Assembly: GCA_010909165.1 (NCBI GenBank)
Contig: VJWM01000107.1
Span: 620,001-684,000 of the forward strand
Direction: 5' to 3'
Source: Anthoceros angustus
Taxonomy: Eukaryota; Plantae; Anthocerotophyta
Length of the DNA: 64,000 nt
Shown: piece by piece, positions 53,104 to 64,000 of the stretch
Layout: every line of letters begins with the position of its first letter
How positions within the stretch are numbered: position 1 is the stretch's first letter
Position numbers and translations under genes: made by a program
Notes under the pieces: generated by a model
Seen by the model: the letters and a program-made list of their open reading frames with translations, nothing else
What the model was told of the DNA's origin: nothing
The model's database searches: none

Positions 53104-53902
53104 TCTGGAAGCCCCAGACTAGATCTGGCCGCGCCAAGAAAAAACGTCTCTCAAACTCCCAACCAGCGACGGCATTGCACAGAGTTCACACCTTCGCCCC
53201 GATAGCTGTGCACCAACCACAAATCATCAGAACCACACACACTCTCTCCAACACAAGTAGAACCAATCAGAAAAAGAAGCTTCTCAACCGCATTAGTCAA
53301 GCTGAGCGATAAAGCTTTCACAGAATCGACGGCTTTACAAAACAACCAGCTTAGGTCAAACCAACACATAGGCATCCGCCAGCAGCGCAGCAAAAGATTC
53401 TACTACTCGTCGACCGAGAGTAGCCGCTCTACGGTTCTTCGGTCAGCACATTAAACCCGTCTGACAGCCGCAGTACAGCTCCCAGGATCTCAAATGCTGC
53501 AACAACTCTAAATGCCAGCCCGAGGCTCCATCCTACAGAGCATCAAGCGTCTCATCCCACTCTACATAGCAAACAATGTCTGCAAATATGCTTCCTCCAG
53601 CACTCAAAGCTGAAGACAAGGTAAAACCGACTCCAAACGAGCCACATTTCCACGGCACGTCCCGCAAAACAAACGACAGGCCACTCCGAACTGTCACTCA
53701 ACAACGCCGGCGCCCGCAGCCTGCTTTCCCGCTCCTCGGCAACGATCCCTGTGAAAGAACCGGCAGAAAAACGTGCTGGAAGTAGATCCTGCTCCCGGCC
53801 CGCTCCACGGCCCCGGAATCCGCCAGAAACCGGATGGCGCCCGCTTCCGGACGGCTCCAGCCGCGACCGCTCCGCTGGACGCGAGGGCGGAGAGGAAGAG
53901 GG

Positions 53903-56512
53903 AACTCGGGAACTGGGAAGCGAGGCGCGGGAGGCGGGGGGCAGAACCTCGGGAGTCCGGGGAGAGTTCACCTGGGGAGTGCGCGCTGGCCGATGCCGGC
54001 ACCGAGCGATGCGAGCGCCGTGGTCGATTGCGCAGACGAAGCGGCTGAGCGCTTGAGTTCCAAATCCGGCGCCGCAGGAGCAGACGGGAAACGAGGCGAG
54101 CAGGGGCGAGCCGAGCCAGCATCGAGCCGAGACGGAGCGGGGCCAGAGGCGGAAGAGGAAGGGAGGCGGCCTAGTTTGAACGCGCAACCGCCCGGGCTAG
54201 AGCTACTCGGGGTTGGCGGCGGGATGATGGGACTGCGGCCGGGCCGTATAGGCCTGGAGTGCCCGGAGCACGGCACCCACTCTAAACCTGTCCCGCCCAC
54301 GCTGGGCTACGCCGGAGCAAATGTAGAGCTGTGGGCCTGCCAACCCCGTTGGCCCGGCCTGTCATTTCCGGATAACGGCAATATCTAAATACTTCTTGCT
54401 CTCCGGCTGCCCAAGTGCCCGAATGCCCCATGTCCTAGCGCAACCCGACACCCGATCACTCATGTCATACGCATATCACATGCATCCCCGCCATAACATA
54501 CATCATTCCAATATTTTCGTGTGATGGATATGGAGTGAGAGTAGAGCCCCTCACTGCGCAGCTAGTTAAGAAGCGACAAGTGCTGGCTTGATAGCGGTTT
54601 AGGACCTCGTTAATTCACTCCACAACGAGACTTGTATGATTGTCAGCACTTTCAACCTCACGATGCAGTACTAAAAGAAGAAGAAGAATTATTTTATTAA
54701 AGTTTACTAAGGACGGATTTCCGTCATGAAACTTGGTACTTAACAACTTGTACCATGGTGTGCTTAAGGTACTTGCACCAAGGGCATCCACTCCCTTTAG
54801 GAACCCCATCTAAGTACTGATCTAAGCGCTAAGCACGGGATGGTGTGCCTAAGGTCCTTGCACCAAGGGCATCCACTCCCTGTAGGAACCCCATCTAAGT
54901 ACTGATCTATGCGTAGGATGCTTAATAACGACATTCGTATAAATGTGTGTCGATTTGGCCTAAGCCATTTGGACTAGGCTCCAAGTAGTTGGCCGTCCAC
55001 TAAGTCTGAAAGAATACACACTTGAGTTTGGCTATCTACGCTCAACTGGCTATTGCCCTTGACTAAAGGACAAGCTCACTAGTTAACCTCTCCACAACTC
55101 TCTCAACACAAGGCTTGCAGCTCATCATAAACTGAATGATGAAGATGATTTCCCAAAGCCCTTGCTCTTGCCATTATATATCCCACAGGCTCGCCTTAAC
55201 TAATCAGCTGTTAACTCGGGAACTGGGAAGCGAGGCGCGGGAGGCGGGGGCAGAACCTCGGGAGTCCGGGGAGAGTTCACCTGGGGAGTGCGCGCTGGCC
55301 GATGCCGGCACCGAGCGATGCGAGCGCCGTGGTCGATTGCGCAGACGAAGCGGCTGAGCGCTTGGAGTTCAAATCCGGCGCCGCAGGAGCAGACGGGAAA
55401 CGAGGCGAGCAGGGGCGAGCCGAGCCAGCATCGAGCCGAGACGGAGCGGGGCCAGAGGCGGAAGAGGAAGGGAGGCGGCCTGGTTTGAACGCGCAACCGC
55501 CCGGGCTAGAGCTACTCGGGGTTGGCGGCGGGATGATGGGACTGCGGCCGGGCCGTATAGGCCTGGAGTGCCCGGAGCACGGCACCCACTCTAAACCTGT
55601 CCCGCCCACGCCGGGCTACGCCGGAGCAAATGTAGAGCTGTGGGCCTGCCAACCCCGTTGGCCCGGCCTGTCATTTCCGGATAACGGCAATATCTAAATA
55701 CTTCTTGCTCTCCGGCTGCCCAAGTGCCCGAATGCCCCATGTCCTAGCGCAACCCGACACCGATCACTCATGTCATACGCATATCACATGCATCCCCGCC
55801 ATAACATACATCATTCCAATATTTTCGTGTGATGGATATGGAGTGAGTAGAGCCCCTCACTGCGCAGCTAGTTAAAGCGACAAGTGCTGGCTTGATAGCG
55901 GTTTAGGACCTCGTTAATTCACTCCACAACGAGACTTGTATGATTGTCAGCACTTTCAACCTCACGATGCAGTACTAAAAGAAGAAGAAGAATTATTTTA
56001 TTAAAGTTTACTAAGGACGGATTTCCGTCATGAAACTTGGTACTTAACAACTTGTACCATGGTGTGCTTAAGGTACTTGCACCAAGGGCATCCACTCCCT
56101 TTAGGAACCCCATCTAAGTCTTGATCTAAGCGCTAAGCACGGGATGGTGTGCCTAAGGTCCTTGCACCAAGGGCATCCACTCCCTGTAGGAACCCCATCT
56201 AATCGATCTGTCGTGGGATGCTTAATAACGACATTCGTATAAATGTGTGTCGATTTGGCCTAAGCCATTTGGACTAGGCTCCAAGTAGTTGGCCGTCCAC
56301 TAAGTCTGAAAGAATACACACTTGAGTTTGGCTATCTACGCTCAACTGGCTATTGCCCTTGACTAAAGGACAAGCTCACTAGTTAACCTCTCCACAACTC
56401 TCTCAACACAAGGCTTGCAGCTCATCATAAACTGAATGATGAAGATGATTTCCCAAAGCCCTTGCTCTTGCCATTATATATCCCACAGGCTCGCCTTAAC
56501 TAATCAGCTGTT
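53903..56512. repeat. 1310-bp near-identical tandem duplication (gene upstream region plus LTR-like segment)
   Basis: Copies start at aactcggg 53903 and 55213 and differ only by a few small indels and substitutions. Confidence 0.95.
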
Positions 56513-56540
56513 AACTCCGGGGATTCCGGGGAGTCTTACA
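55828..56540 (-). mobile_element. LTR-like sequence (TGTAAG...ATCACA on the minus strand), with a truncated duplicate at 54520-55212
   Basis: TG...CA termini, TATATAA about 60 nt inside the minus-strand 5' end, and an internal 85-bp tandem subrepeat. It lies next to gypsy-derived DNA. No TSD, PBS or adjacent PPT was found. Confidence 0.55.
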
Positions 56541-57001
56541 AACCACTGATCACTAAGAGTCCTCTCTATGCAGCTCTTCATGCGAGGCTATAGCAATTCC
56601 TCTCTAATAGGAAATTGCATGAAGCATGCAACACATGCATATTCTTAACATGGCAACTACCAATTAGCTTTTTACCTCTTTTAACTTTTCTCTTTCTACC
56701 TTATTTCACCAATCTTGTTACTCTCTCCCCCACTGGAAAGATGTCATTGTCCTCAATGACCTCCAATGTAACGTGAGATCATCCATGATCCTTGTTGCAC
56801 ATCTTCAAGTGAAACCTAGACAGGATCTGCATAACCACGAAGTCTTACCAAATACTCTGGTACATAACCACGAACAGCAGGCGCTTCTCTCTCTACCAAG
56901 AATTCAACAATCTCCCGTAGTCCATGAGGTCTGTGTTGAACTAGGATGACATAATTCTTCCTATTCATGTCCTCATTCTCATTCTAAGTCACAAATGGCT
57001 T

Positions 57002-57138
57002 CAACAAAGAAACATGAAATACATTATGAGAGAAGATCCATTCATGCAGTTGTCATGGCATGGACTGACAACAAAGAAACATGAAATACATTATGAGAGA
57101 AGATCCGTTCATGCAGTTGTCATGGCATGGACTGACAA
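57002..57138. repeat. 67-bp tandem duplication
   Basis: caacaaagaaacatgaaatacattatgagagaagatcc(a/g)ttcatgcagttgtcatggcatggactga, twice. Confidence 0.93.
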
Positions 57139-57258
57139 GAGGTTGTGTACATAATAAAGCTGTAGGCTGTGTAGCTAAGATGCATGATGGATGATGCCAT
57201 GGGTGCATGATATGTGTATGTGCATGTGACCGATGTATGGCATGTGGCATGTGGATGG

Positions 57259-60200
57259 GCATGGACATAAGGATTTGTCCATAGATATTAATCATAGAAT
57301 ATTAGGTTAATATACAATAGGGACAAAGGGATATTCATAGCATAGATATTTAGATATTATCTAGCAGGCTGATATCGAGATAAAGGAAATATGATAGCGA
57401 GATAAAGGGCAGCCATAGGCTACATGTGTAGGGCCTAGGGGCCATTTAGAACTTGGATTAGCAGATGTCATCACTGTGTGATAGATTATATTATTGAAAT
57501 TAAAGGCAGACATACTTATCCCACATCTTGTCCCCTTTCCTTGCATCTTGTTGGGTGTGTTAGCATCCCAGGTGGCTGGGAGCGCTTTTCATTGTTCGCG
57601 GGATCAGGATTTTACCTAGTTCTTCTTTTTGTTTTGTGGCTTTGGTAGTTAGCTAATAAGCCTATTTTGCATGCTTATAAGCACATGTTTAAGTGATAAA
57701 CCTATTTTGGAGGCTTATCTAAACCCTGAAGCTTAGTGCTTCGAAGACTGAGACCTCAGCCGTGACCTAATGTGGCCATGGACAACTATGCTGCCTCACG
57801 GCGCGACAAGTTGCAGTTTGTAAGCCACATTTCAAGTGCGCTTTTAAACTACGAAAGGTCCTCCATACTTAGGCATGAACTTTGAGATCAACCCTTATGG
57901 TAGTGAGAAATTCTTCAATTTCACCCACACCTTGTCACCTACTTGAAACTCTGCCTCTTTCATGTGCTAGTCGTGACTTCTTTTGCCTTCTTAGCAACTT
58001 CATGCCTAGCCTTCAATTGATCAATAAACTCATGTGGTTCTCTTCTGTCAGCCCATCGTCTGTGGAGAGCCGAGGTTTTTGAAGGCGAAGGAGGAAGGAG
58101 ATGGCGCTAGAGCAGCCTTGAAAGGCCCAACACGGACCCTTTGGAAGGTTAGAGTCCGACCTGCAGGTGAACTGGCCCGGAATTCATGGAAAAGAAATGG
58201 TGCTATGACACCAAAGATTGCGGTCGCCCACCAATTGAGAACCAGTCGCAAGAGGCGACGCGAGGAAGAGGCCGCAAAATTGGGATTTGGGGCTCTTTCG
58301 AGCGTGTATGGGCGAGAAGAATCGAGGATGGGAGCTCGGTGATTGACCCCGGAGGAAGAAGACCACAGAGGCTGCGGCGCTCATGAAGCCTGGGGAAGTG
58401 AGGGTGAACAATGGATGGGTGACTCGCCAACTCGTGTCTGTGTAGCAGGTGGGCTTGGCCAAGTGGATTTTGTGTTTCCTGCAGAACCGAAAGTTGGACC
58501 ATATGGCGGATCACTTCCTGGTCTTTCTTCATGATGGTTAAGGGCACACAAATCGATTGGGGGAGGATGATTTTTGAAAGAGCCTGTGAAGAGAAGGCGA
58601 ATTTGCTCTCCCCTTCCCCTCGGCCCTCCTTGATTTCACCCTTTTTGATTCATGTATTCGCGCATTCCGGGTGCCTAACGGAGTTGGAAGCTGTGTCTGC
58701 CCTTCATAGCTGGAAACCGGTCAGAGAACTCAAGGTAGAGGAGGAGGAGTGTAAGGAGGATTCAGGGAAGGATTCCAGCAGTTGGGAATGCGCCTCTCTA
58801 GAAGATTCGGATGAAGGTGGGGAGGTTTCCAAGAGCAAGAAGAGGCGGCGGCGAAGTCGGCGAAAAGGGAAAAATGACCGCAGGAGGAGGAACCCACAAC
58901 TACACCTAGGGTCACCAGGTCAAAATCAGCAGGCGCGGGTGGTGGAGGAGAAGATAAAGGAAGCAGCGGTGTCCCTTTCGAGGGGATGAGTCGCTGCCAC
59001 TAGGGGAGGTTGGAACGGATAAAGGGGTAGTTGCAGACCAACCCCTAGGAGAGGAAGGGTTAATTTCGGCAGCCAGGCCCGCGACGGAGCTCAAGGACAT
59101 TTTTGGCGACATCTCATTGACCCGTCCAGCTGAAGTGGAGACAAGTGACACCGCTCGCGTGCGGGAATTGTTGTGGAGGGGGATGGGCACAGGAACAGCC
59201 CAATTCGGGAATTTGCAGGCCCTGACCTCGGCCATGGCTCAGACTCAGGCGGACCTTCTCGACCAGGCAGCCATGGCTCTCACTTGGCTGAGTGTGCATG
59301 GACATAAGGATTTTGTCCATAGATATTAATCATAGAATATTAGGTTAATATACAATAGGGACAAAGGGATATTCATAGCATAGATATTTAGATATTATCT
59401 AGCGGTGATATCGAGATAAAGGAAATATGATAGCGAGATAAAGGGCAGCCATAGGCTACATGTGGGGCCTAGGGGCCATTTAGAACTTGGATTAGCGAGA
59501 TGTCATCAACGTGTGATAGATTATATTATTGAAATTAAGCGGACATACTATCCCACATCTTGTCCCTTTCCTTGCATCTTGTTAGGGTGTGTTAGCATCC
59601 TGTGGTGGGGCGCTTTTCATTGTTCGGGATCGATTTTACCTAGTTCTTCTTTTTGTTTTGTGGCTTTGGTAGTTAGCTAATAAGCCTATTTTGCATGCTT
59701 ATAAGCACATGTTTAAGTGATAAACCTATTTTGGAGGCTTATCTAAACCACGAAGCTTAGTGCTCAAGAGGCGAGACCTCACCTGACCTAATGTGGCCAT
59801 GGACAACTTCTCTTGCCTCACGGTAGCGACAAGTGGGTTGTAAGCCACATTTCAAGTGCGCTTTTAAACTACGAAAGGTCCTCCATACTTAGGCATGAAC
59901 TTTGAGATCAACCCTTATGGTAGTGAGAAATTCTTCAATTTCACCCACACCTTGTCACCTACTTGAAACTCTGCCTCTTTCATGTGCTAGTCAGCAAACT
60001 TCTTTTGCCTTCTTAGCAACTTCATGCCTAGCCTTCAATTGATCAATAAACTCATGTGGTTCTCTTGCTGCTGTCCATCGTCTACAGGAGAGCCGAGGTT
60101 TTTTTTGAAGACGAAGGAGGAAGGGAGATGGCGCCTCGCCACCATTCACTGTGCAAAGGCCCAACACGGACCCTTTGGAAGGTTAGCCGGGCAGCCTTGT

Positions 60201-61262
60201 CTGAGGAACCGGGCTCAATTCATGGAAAAGAAATGGTGCTATGACACCAAAGATTGGCAGTGGAGTGCGCCAATTGAGAACCAGTCGCAAGAGGCGACGC
60301 GAGGAAGAGGCCGCAAAATTGGGATTTGGGGCTCTTCGAGCGAGTGGGCGAGAAGAATCGGAGGATGGGAGCTCGGTGATTGACCCCAGGAAGAAGACCT
60401 CGAGAGGCTGCGGCGCTCATGAAGCACAGGGAAGTGAGGTGAACAATGGATGGGTGACTCACAACTTATGTAGCGTGGCCTTGGTGGCGGATTTTGTGTT
60501 TCTGCAGAACGAAAGTTGGACCATATGGCGGATCACTTCGGTCTTTCTTCATGATGGTTAAGGCACACAAATCGATTGGGGGAGGAGAATTTTTGAAAGA
60601 GCCTGTGGAGAGAAGGCGAATTTGCTCTCCCCTTCCCCTCGGCCCTCCTTGATTTCACCCTTTTTGATTCATGTATTGCACAAGATTAGGTGCCTAACTG
60701 AGTTGACGTGGTTCCGCCTTCATAGCCGGAAACCGGCCGAGAACTCAAGGTAGAGGAGGAGTGTAAGGAGGATTCGGGGAAGGATTCCAAATCAGGGAAT
60801 GCGCCTCTCTAGAAGATCGGATGAAGGTGGGAGGTTTCCAAGAGCATGAGGCACAGTGAGCGGGGTGGGGAAAAGAAGAACAGAGCGGAGGAACCCACAA
60901 CTACACCTAGGGTCACCAAAGGTCAAAATCAGCAGGCGGGTAAGGAGGAGAAGATAAAGGAAGGTGTCCCAGTGGGGGATGAGTCGTTGCCACAAGGGAG
61001 GTTGGAGCGGATAAAGGGGTAGTTGCACCAACCCCTAGGGAGGAAGGGTTAATTTCGGCACGGCCCGACTTGAGCTCAAGGACATTTTTGCGACATCTCA
61101 TTGACCCGTCCGGTGAAGTGGAGACAAGTGACAGCTCGCGTCATGGAATTGTTGTGGAGAGGGATGGGCACGAAACAGCCCAATTTGAATTTGCAGGCTC
61201 GACCTCGGCCATGGCTCGACTCGAGCGGACCTTCTCGACTGTGCAACCATGGCTCTCACTTG
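57259..61262. repeat. About 2.04-kb tandem duplication of retroelement internal sequence; the second copy is indel-rich
   Basis: gcatggacataagga... at 57259 and 59296, colinear through ...ggctctcacttg at 59286 and 61262. Confidence 0.93.
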
Positions 61263-62200
61263 AGGACACAGTGGAGAAGTTGCTCAAGGAAAAGTTGGAG
61301 GGACCGGAGGCGAGAACAAGGTGGCGGAGGACCATGACGGGAGTGCGGGCGGCCTTGTGCAAGGCGCAGAGCAGTGAGGCCATGTCCACCCAACAGAGGC
61401 CTTAGTGAATCAAGTCAAGAGGCGACGCTATTGAGGAGCTCAATGAGGTCTCACGAGTCCAAGAGGTGGAGACAATGGCGCCTGGAGAAATTCAAGAAGG
61501 CGGAGAGATACAAGTGCGAGAGGCGAAGCTAGGGCCGAGTCAAGAGAGAGGCGGCCAAACCAAGAAGGGCGAGCAACGACCCAGGAGCCAAGCAACCATC
61601 TGGGGAAGCTACCACCACGGTGGCTAAAGCCACCGTCCGGAAGGAGGAACCGAGGTGGGGAAGCCAAGCTGTGAGCTACCAGAGAAGTCGGAACCCACGG
61701 AACTCCAGGCCCGGCCCGGGATTGTCCACGGAGGAGAGGTAAGGACCTCATGTCAGGCGTATTAATCAGCGCGTCTGGATGAGGATGCTCATGTCCACAG
61801 CACTTTTGCATGGTGAGCGGGTGCTCACTCTAAATGTGTATGTGGTTGTTGGGACAGGAGGGGGCAGAAACTACTGGCTGCACATCTTGACCGCTCAGGC
61901 GTTTACCAGTGGTTCCTTCGAATAGGAGCTGGCGCCTACCCTCCGCAAGTGGTGCTGGAGGAGATGAGCGAGGCGGAGGCCAGAGCATGGAGGGAGGAGC
62001 ACACGGTGTGGCTGTCCAGCGATGAGGAGCAAGACAACAGGCATAGAGACCATAGGCGCGCGACGTCCACGGGGAGGCACGAGGAAACGCAGGCAGCTAG
62101 AGCGAAGTGGAGGTTTTGGGAGAGAGTCGCTCGGATCAGAGGCGTGGCCGGAGAGCGAGGGGGACCCCTATGGGCCGTAGGGCTAGGCAAAGAATCATGA
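58034..62200 (+). mobile_element. Degenerate retrotransposon accessory ORF (antisense to the integrase fragment), partly duplicated
   Basis: Broken ORF with G..IDWG...E...PSLISPFLIHVF...CLTELE, followed by acidic and coiled-coil stretches. It has no introns, has frameshifts, and sits among gypsy sequence. Confidence 0.5.
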
Positions 62201-63389
62201 GGTAAGTAGCTGATTTTAGGGGAGCGCGACATCATAGGTCCGGGGTTTCCTTTTGGGTTAAGGGATAGGATGTTTTGAGCACTGCGGGCTATGGTTACTG
62301 GATTGGTAGGGCGCTCGTGGTAGAGGCTACAATTTTTAGACCTTGGAGGGATGTCTTTGAGCAGCTAGATGTATAAGAGACCCTTTGTGTGTCTCTCTCT
62401 TAACGACAATTCGGTGTGAACTTCCGTGTCGGACCAGCAAGGTTGATTGGAGCGTCGATCGATCGAATCGGTCGATTGGCCTTCTCGTCAAGAAGGCGGG
62501 AAGATCCCAGACGGTCGAGGCGGACCAAGTTCCACCGGCTGAACGAAGGTGCCCGGCCAAGCAGCGTCTTGGAAAGGGGCAAGGAATTCTGCGGAAGGTT
62601 GGGGTGAGATCCGACCAAGCCTGTGACCATCACCGCGCCTTTTTCCCTCCTTCCCTAAGCCGCCATTTTAAGGCGTGTTCAATTCTATAAGTGGTGAGGT
62701 CTGTGTGGCCCGTGGTGAGGTCTGTGTAGCCTGAGAAAGGGAGCGAGAGGGAGTATTCATGTGTGGTATAGTGGGAGGTTTTTTTTGGAAAAAAGGGAAA
62801 GGAGAGAAGTGTCACTTGAGGAGATGCAATGCTTTGAGGAAACAGGGAATGTTAGAAAGGGGAGAAGTGAGCGATGAGATCAGTGAGGGTCGACGCCGGA
62901 GTGAGGCCTCGTGGTGTTCATGGACATGGTGCCTAATCCCTGGAATGTTCTGAGCGCGGTCTCCCTTGTGAGTGAATTAGAGTAGGTGCGATCTTAGGTG
63001 TGTGTGCGCGTGAGATCACAACCCTCAGAGACCACGCCAGGAGGAAGGGGTTTCCAAAGACCACCGCGCGCACACGCGAGTTGCGGTGGGGCCCGCCACA
63101 ATGGTTGAATCAGCCACTACGGTGGCTGAACTCCCCCACTGCGGTGGCCGAGACTTCCACGGTGGTGGATTCAGGTATGGTAGCTGGTTCTGGTAGAGTA
63201 AGGATCGGTTGTGGTAGAGCTATGACCCATAGTTTTAGAACATCTTGACACAAAACCATTCCCTTGGGATCGAATCCTAGGACTATAACGACATAGAGGG
63301 TAAATGTGGCCTCTTTGCGCCTTCGGACGCAAAAACCCCATTCCACAGCATTCAACATGGAAACTACGTCCATTGCTTCGTTACTCGTC

Positions 63390-63700
63390 ATCTGAAAAGG
63401 TGTGTAGCCTGTGGAGCTCTGTACAGTGTTATTATAACAAAACTCTGCATCCTCAAGATAATCACTTTGGTCTCGCTGGTCTATCCGTATATAGTGTCGT
63501 AAGTATTCTTCTTGGATTCTGTTCACCCTCTTTGTTGATCCATTTGTATTTGGGTGGTACGCTGTGCTCAAATATAATTGCACTCCTAAGCTCTTCATAA
63601 ATTATTGCCAAAACTCTGCAGTAAATTTGCGATCTCTATCATTCACAATCTGCATAGGTAGTCCATATAACACATATACATGCTTCTTGAAGACAATGAG
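63390..63700 (-). mobile_element. Ty3/gypsy integrase core fragment (pseudogenised)
   Basis: LYGLPMQIVNDRDRKFTAEFWQ*FMKSLGVQLYLSTAYHPNTNGSTKRVNR..EEYLRHY...AEFCYNNTVQSSTGYTPF. Confidence 0.92.
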
Positions 63701-63739
63701 GATGATACAGCAAGATGAGCAGAGCCGCCAGAATCTTAA

Positions 63740-64000
63740 GTTACTAAACCTTGAACCGACTGCAGAAGCGGAGTGTCCAACGCGGGAGGCCCACCTATGG
63801 TGAACTAGAACGATATCTCTGGAGTATAGATGTGCCAACCAACATGACACGCAGCCGGAGGCAGGCCTTCGTACACTATGCTCGCCCCTTTCGGATGTAC
63901 AATGGATGCTTGTTCAAGATAGAATCGAACGGAGTGGAGCGACGTTACCTGCAACTGGAAGAAACATAGGCCGTAATCAGAGGAATGCACGAGGGAGTTG
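63740..64000 (+). mobile_element. Second, oppositely oriented gypsy (Tat/Athila-like) pol fragment, from the RNase H-integrase linker into the zinc-finger region
   Basis: YGELERYL...P...RSRRQAFVHYARPFRMYNGCLFKIESNGVERRYL..EET*AVIRGMHEG. Confidence 0.65.

Noticed and set aside
55828-56540. Solo LTR with target-site duplication
   Set aside because: The flanks TTTCG and AACCA do not match, so it is reported only as LTR-like.

Overview
This is eukaryotic nuclear DNA from a compact, intron-rich land-plant genome. Short GT-AG introns, dense genes and gene content suggest a non-seed plant such as a hornwort or lycophyte, but that is inference. From left to right: a PP2A catalytic subunit gene; a CFL1-like WW-domain gene; about 6 kb of microsatellite-rich intergenic DNA; a tandemly duplicated block holding ginkbilobin-2/DUF26-like secreted-protein genes (1 intact, 2 decayed) and an EGF-exostosin (GT47) gene (1 near-intact, 1 pseudogene); an intronless oligoribonuclease head-to-head with SCE1/UBC9; an unannotated multi-exon gene that I read as a full-length homolog of the fungal RanGTP-binding protein Yrb30, with a C-terminal NES-like motif; a divergently transcribed MASE1-type hybrid histidine kinase; OBERON3/4-like PHD gene; COBRA-like gene; a CRE-like non-LTR remnant; a large low-complexity C2H2 gene; and finally a Ty3/gypsy-derived tail with two local tandem duplications that may be assembly artefacts. 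The strongest candidates for something new are the Yrb30-like gene and the adjacent MASE1 kinase. All family assignments come from recalled motifs and manual splicing; no database searches were run.
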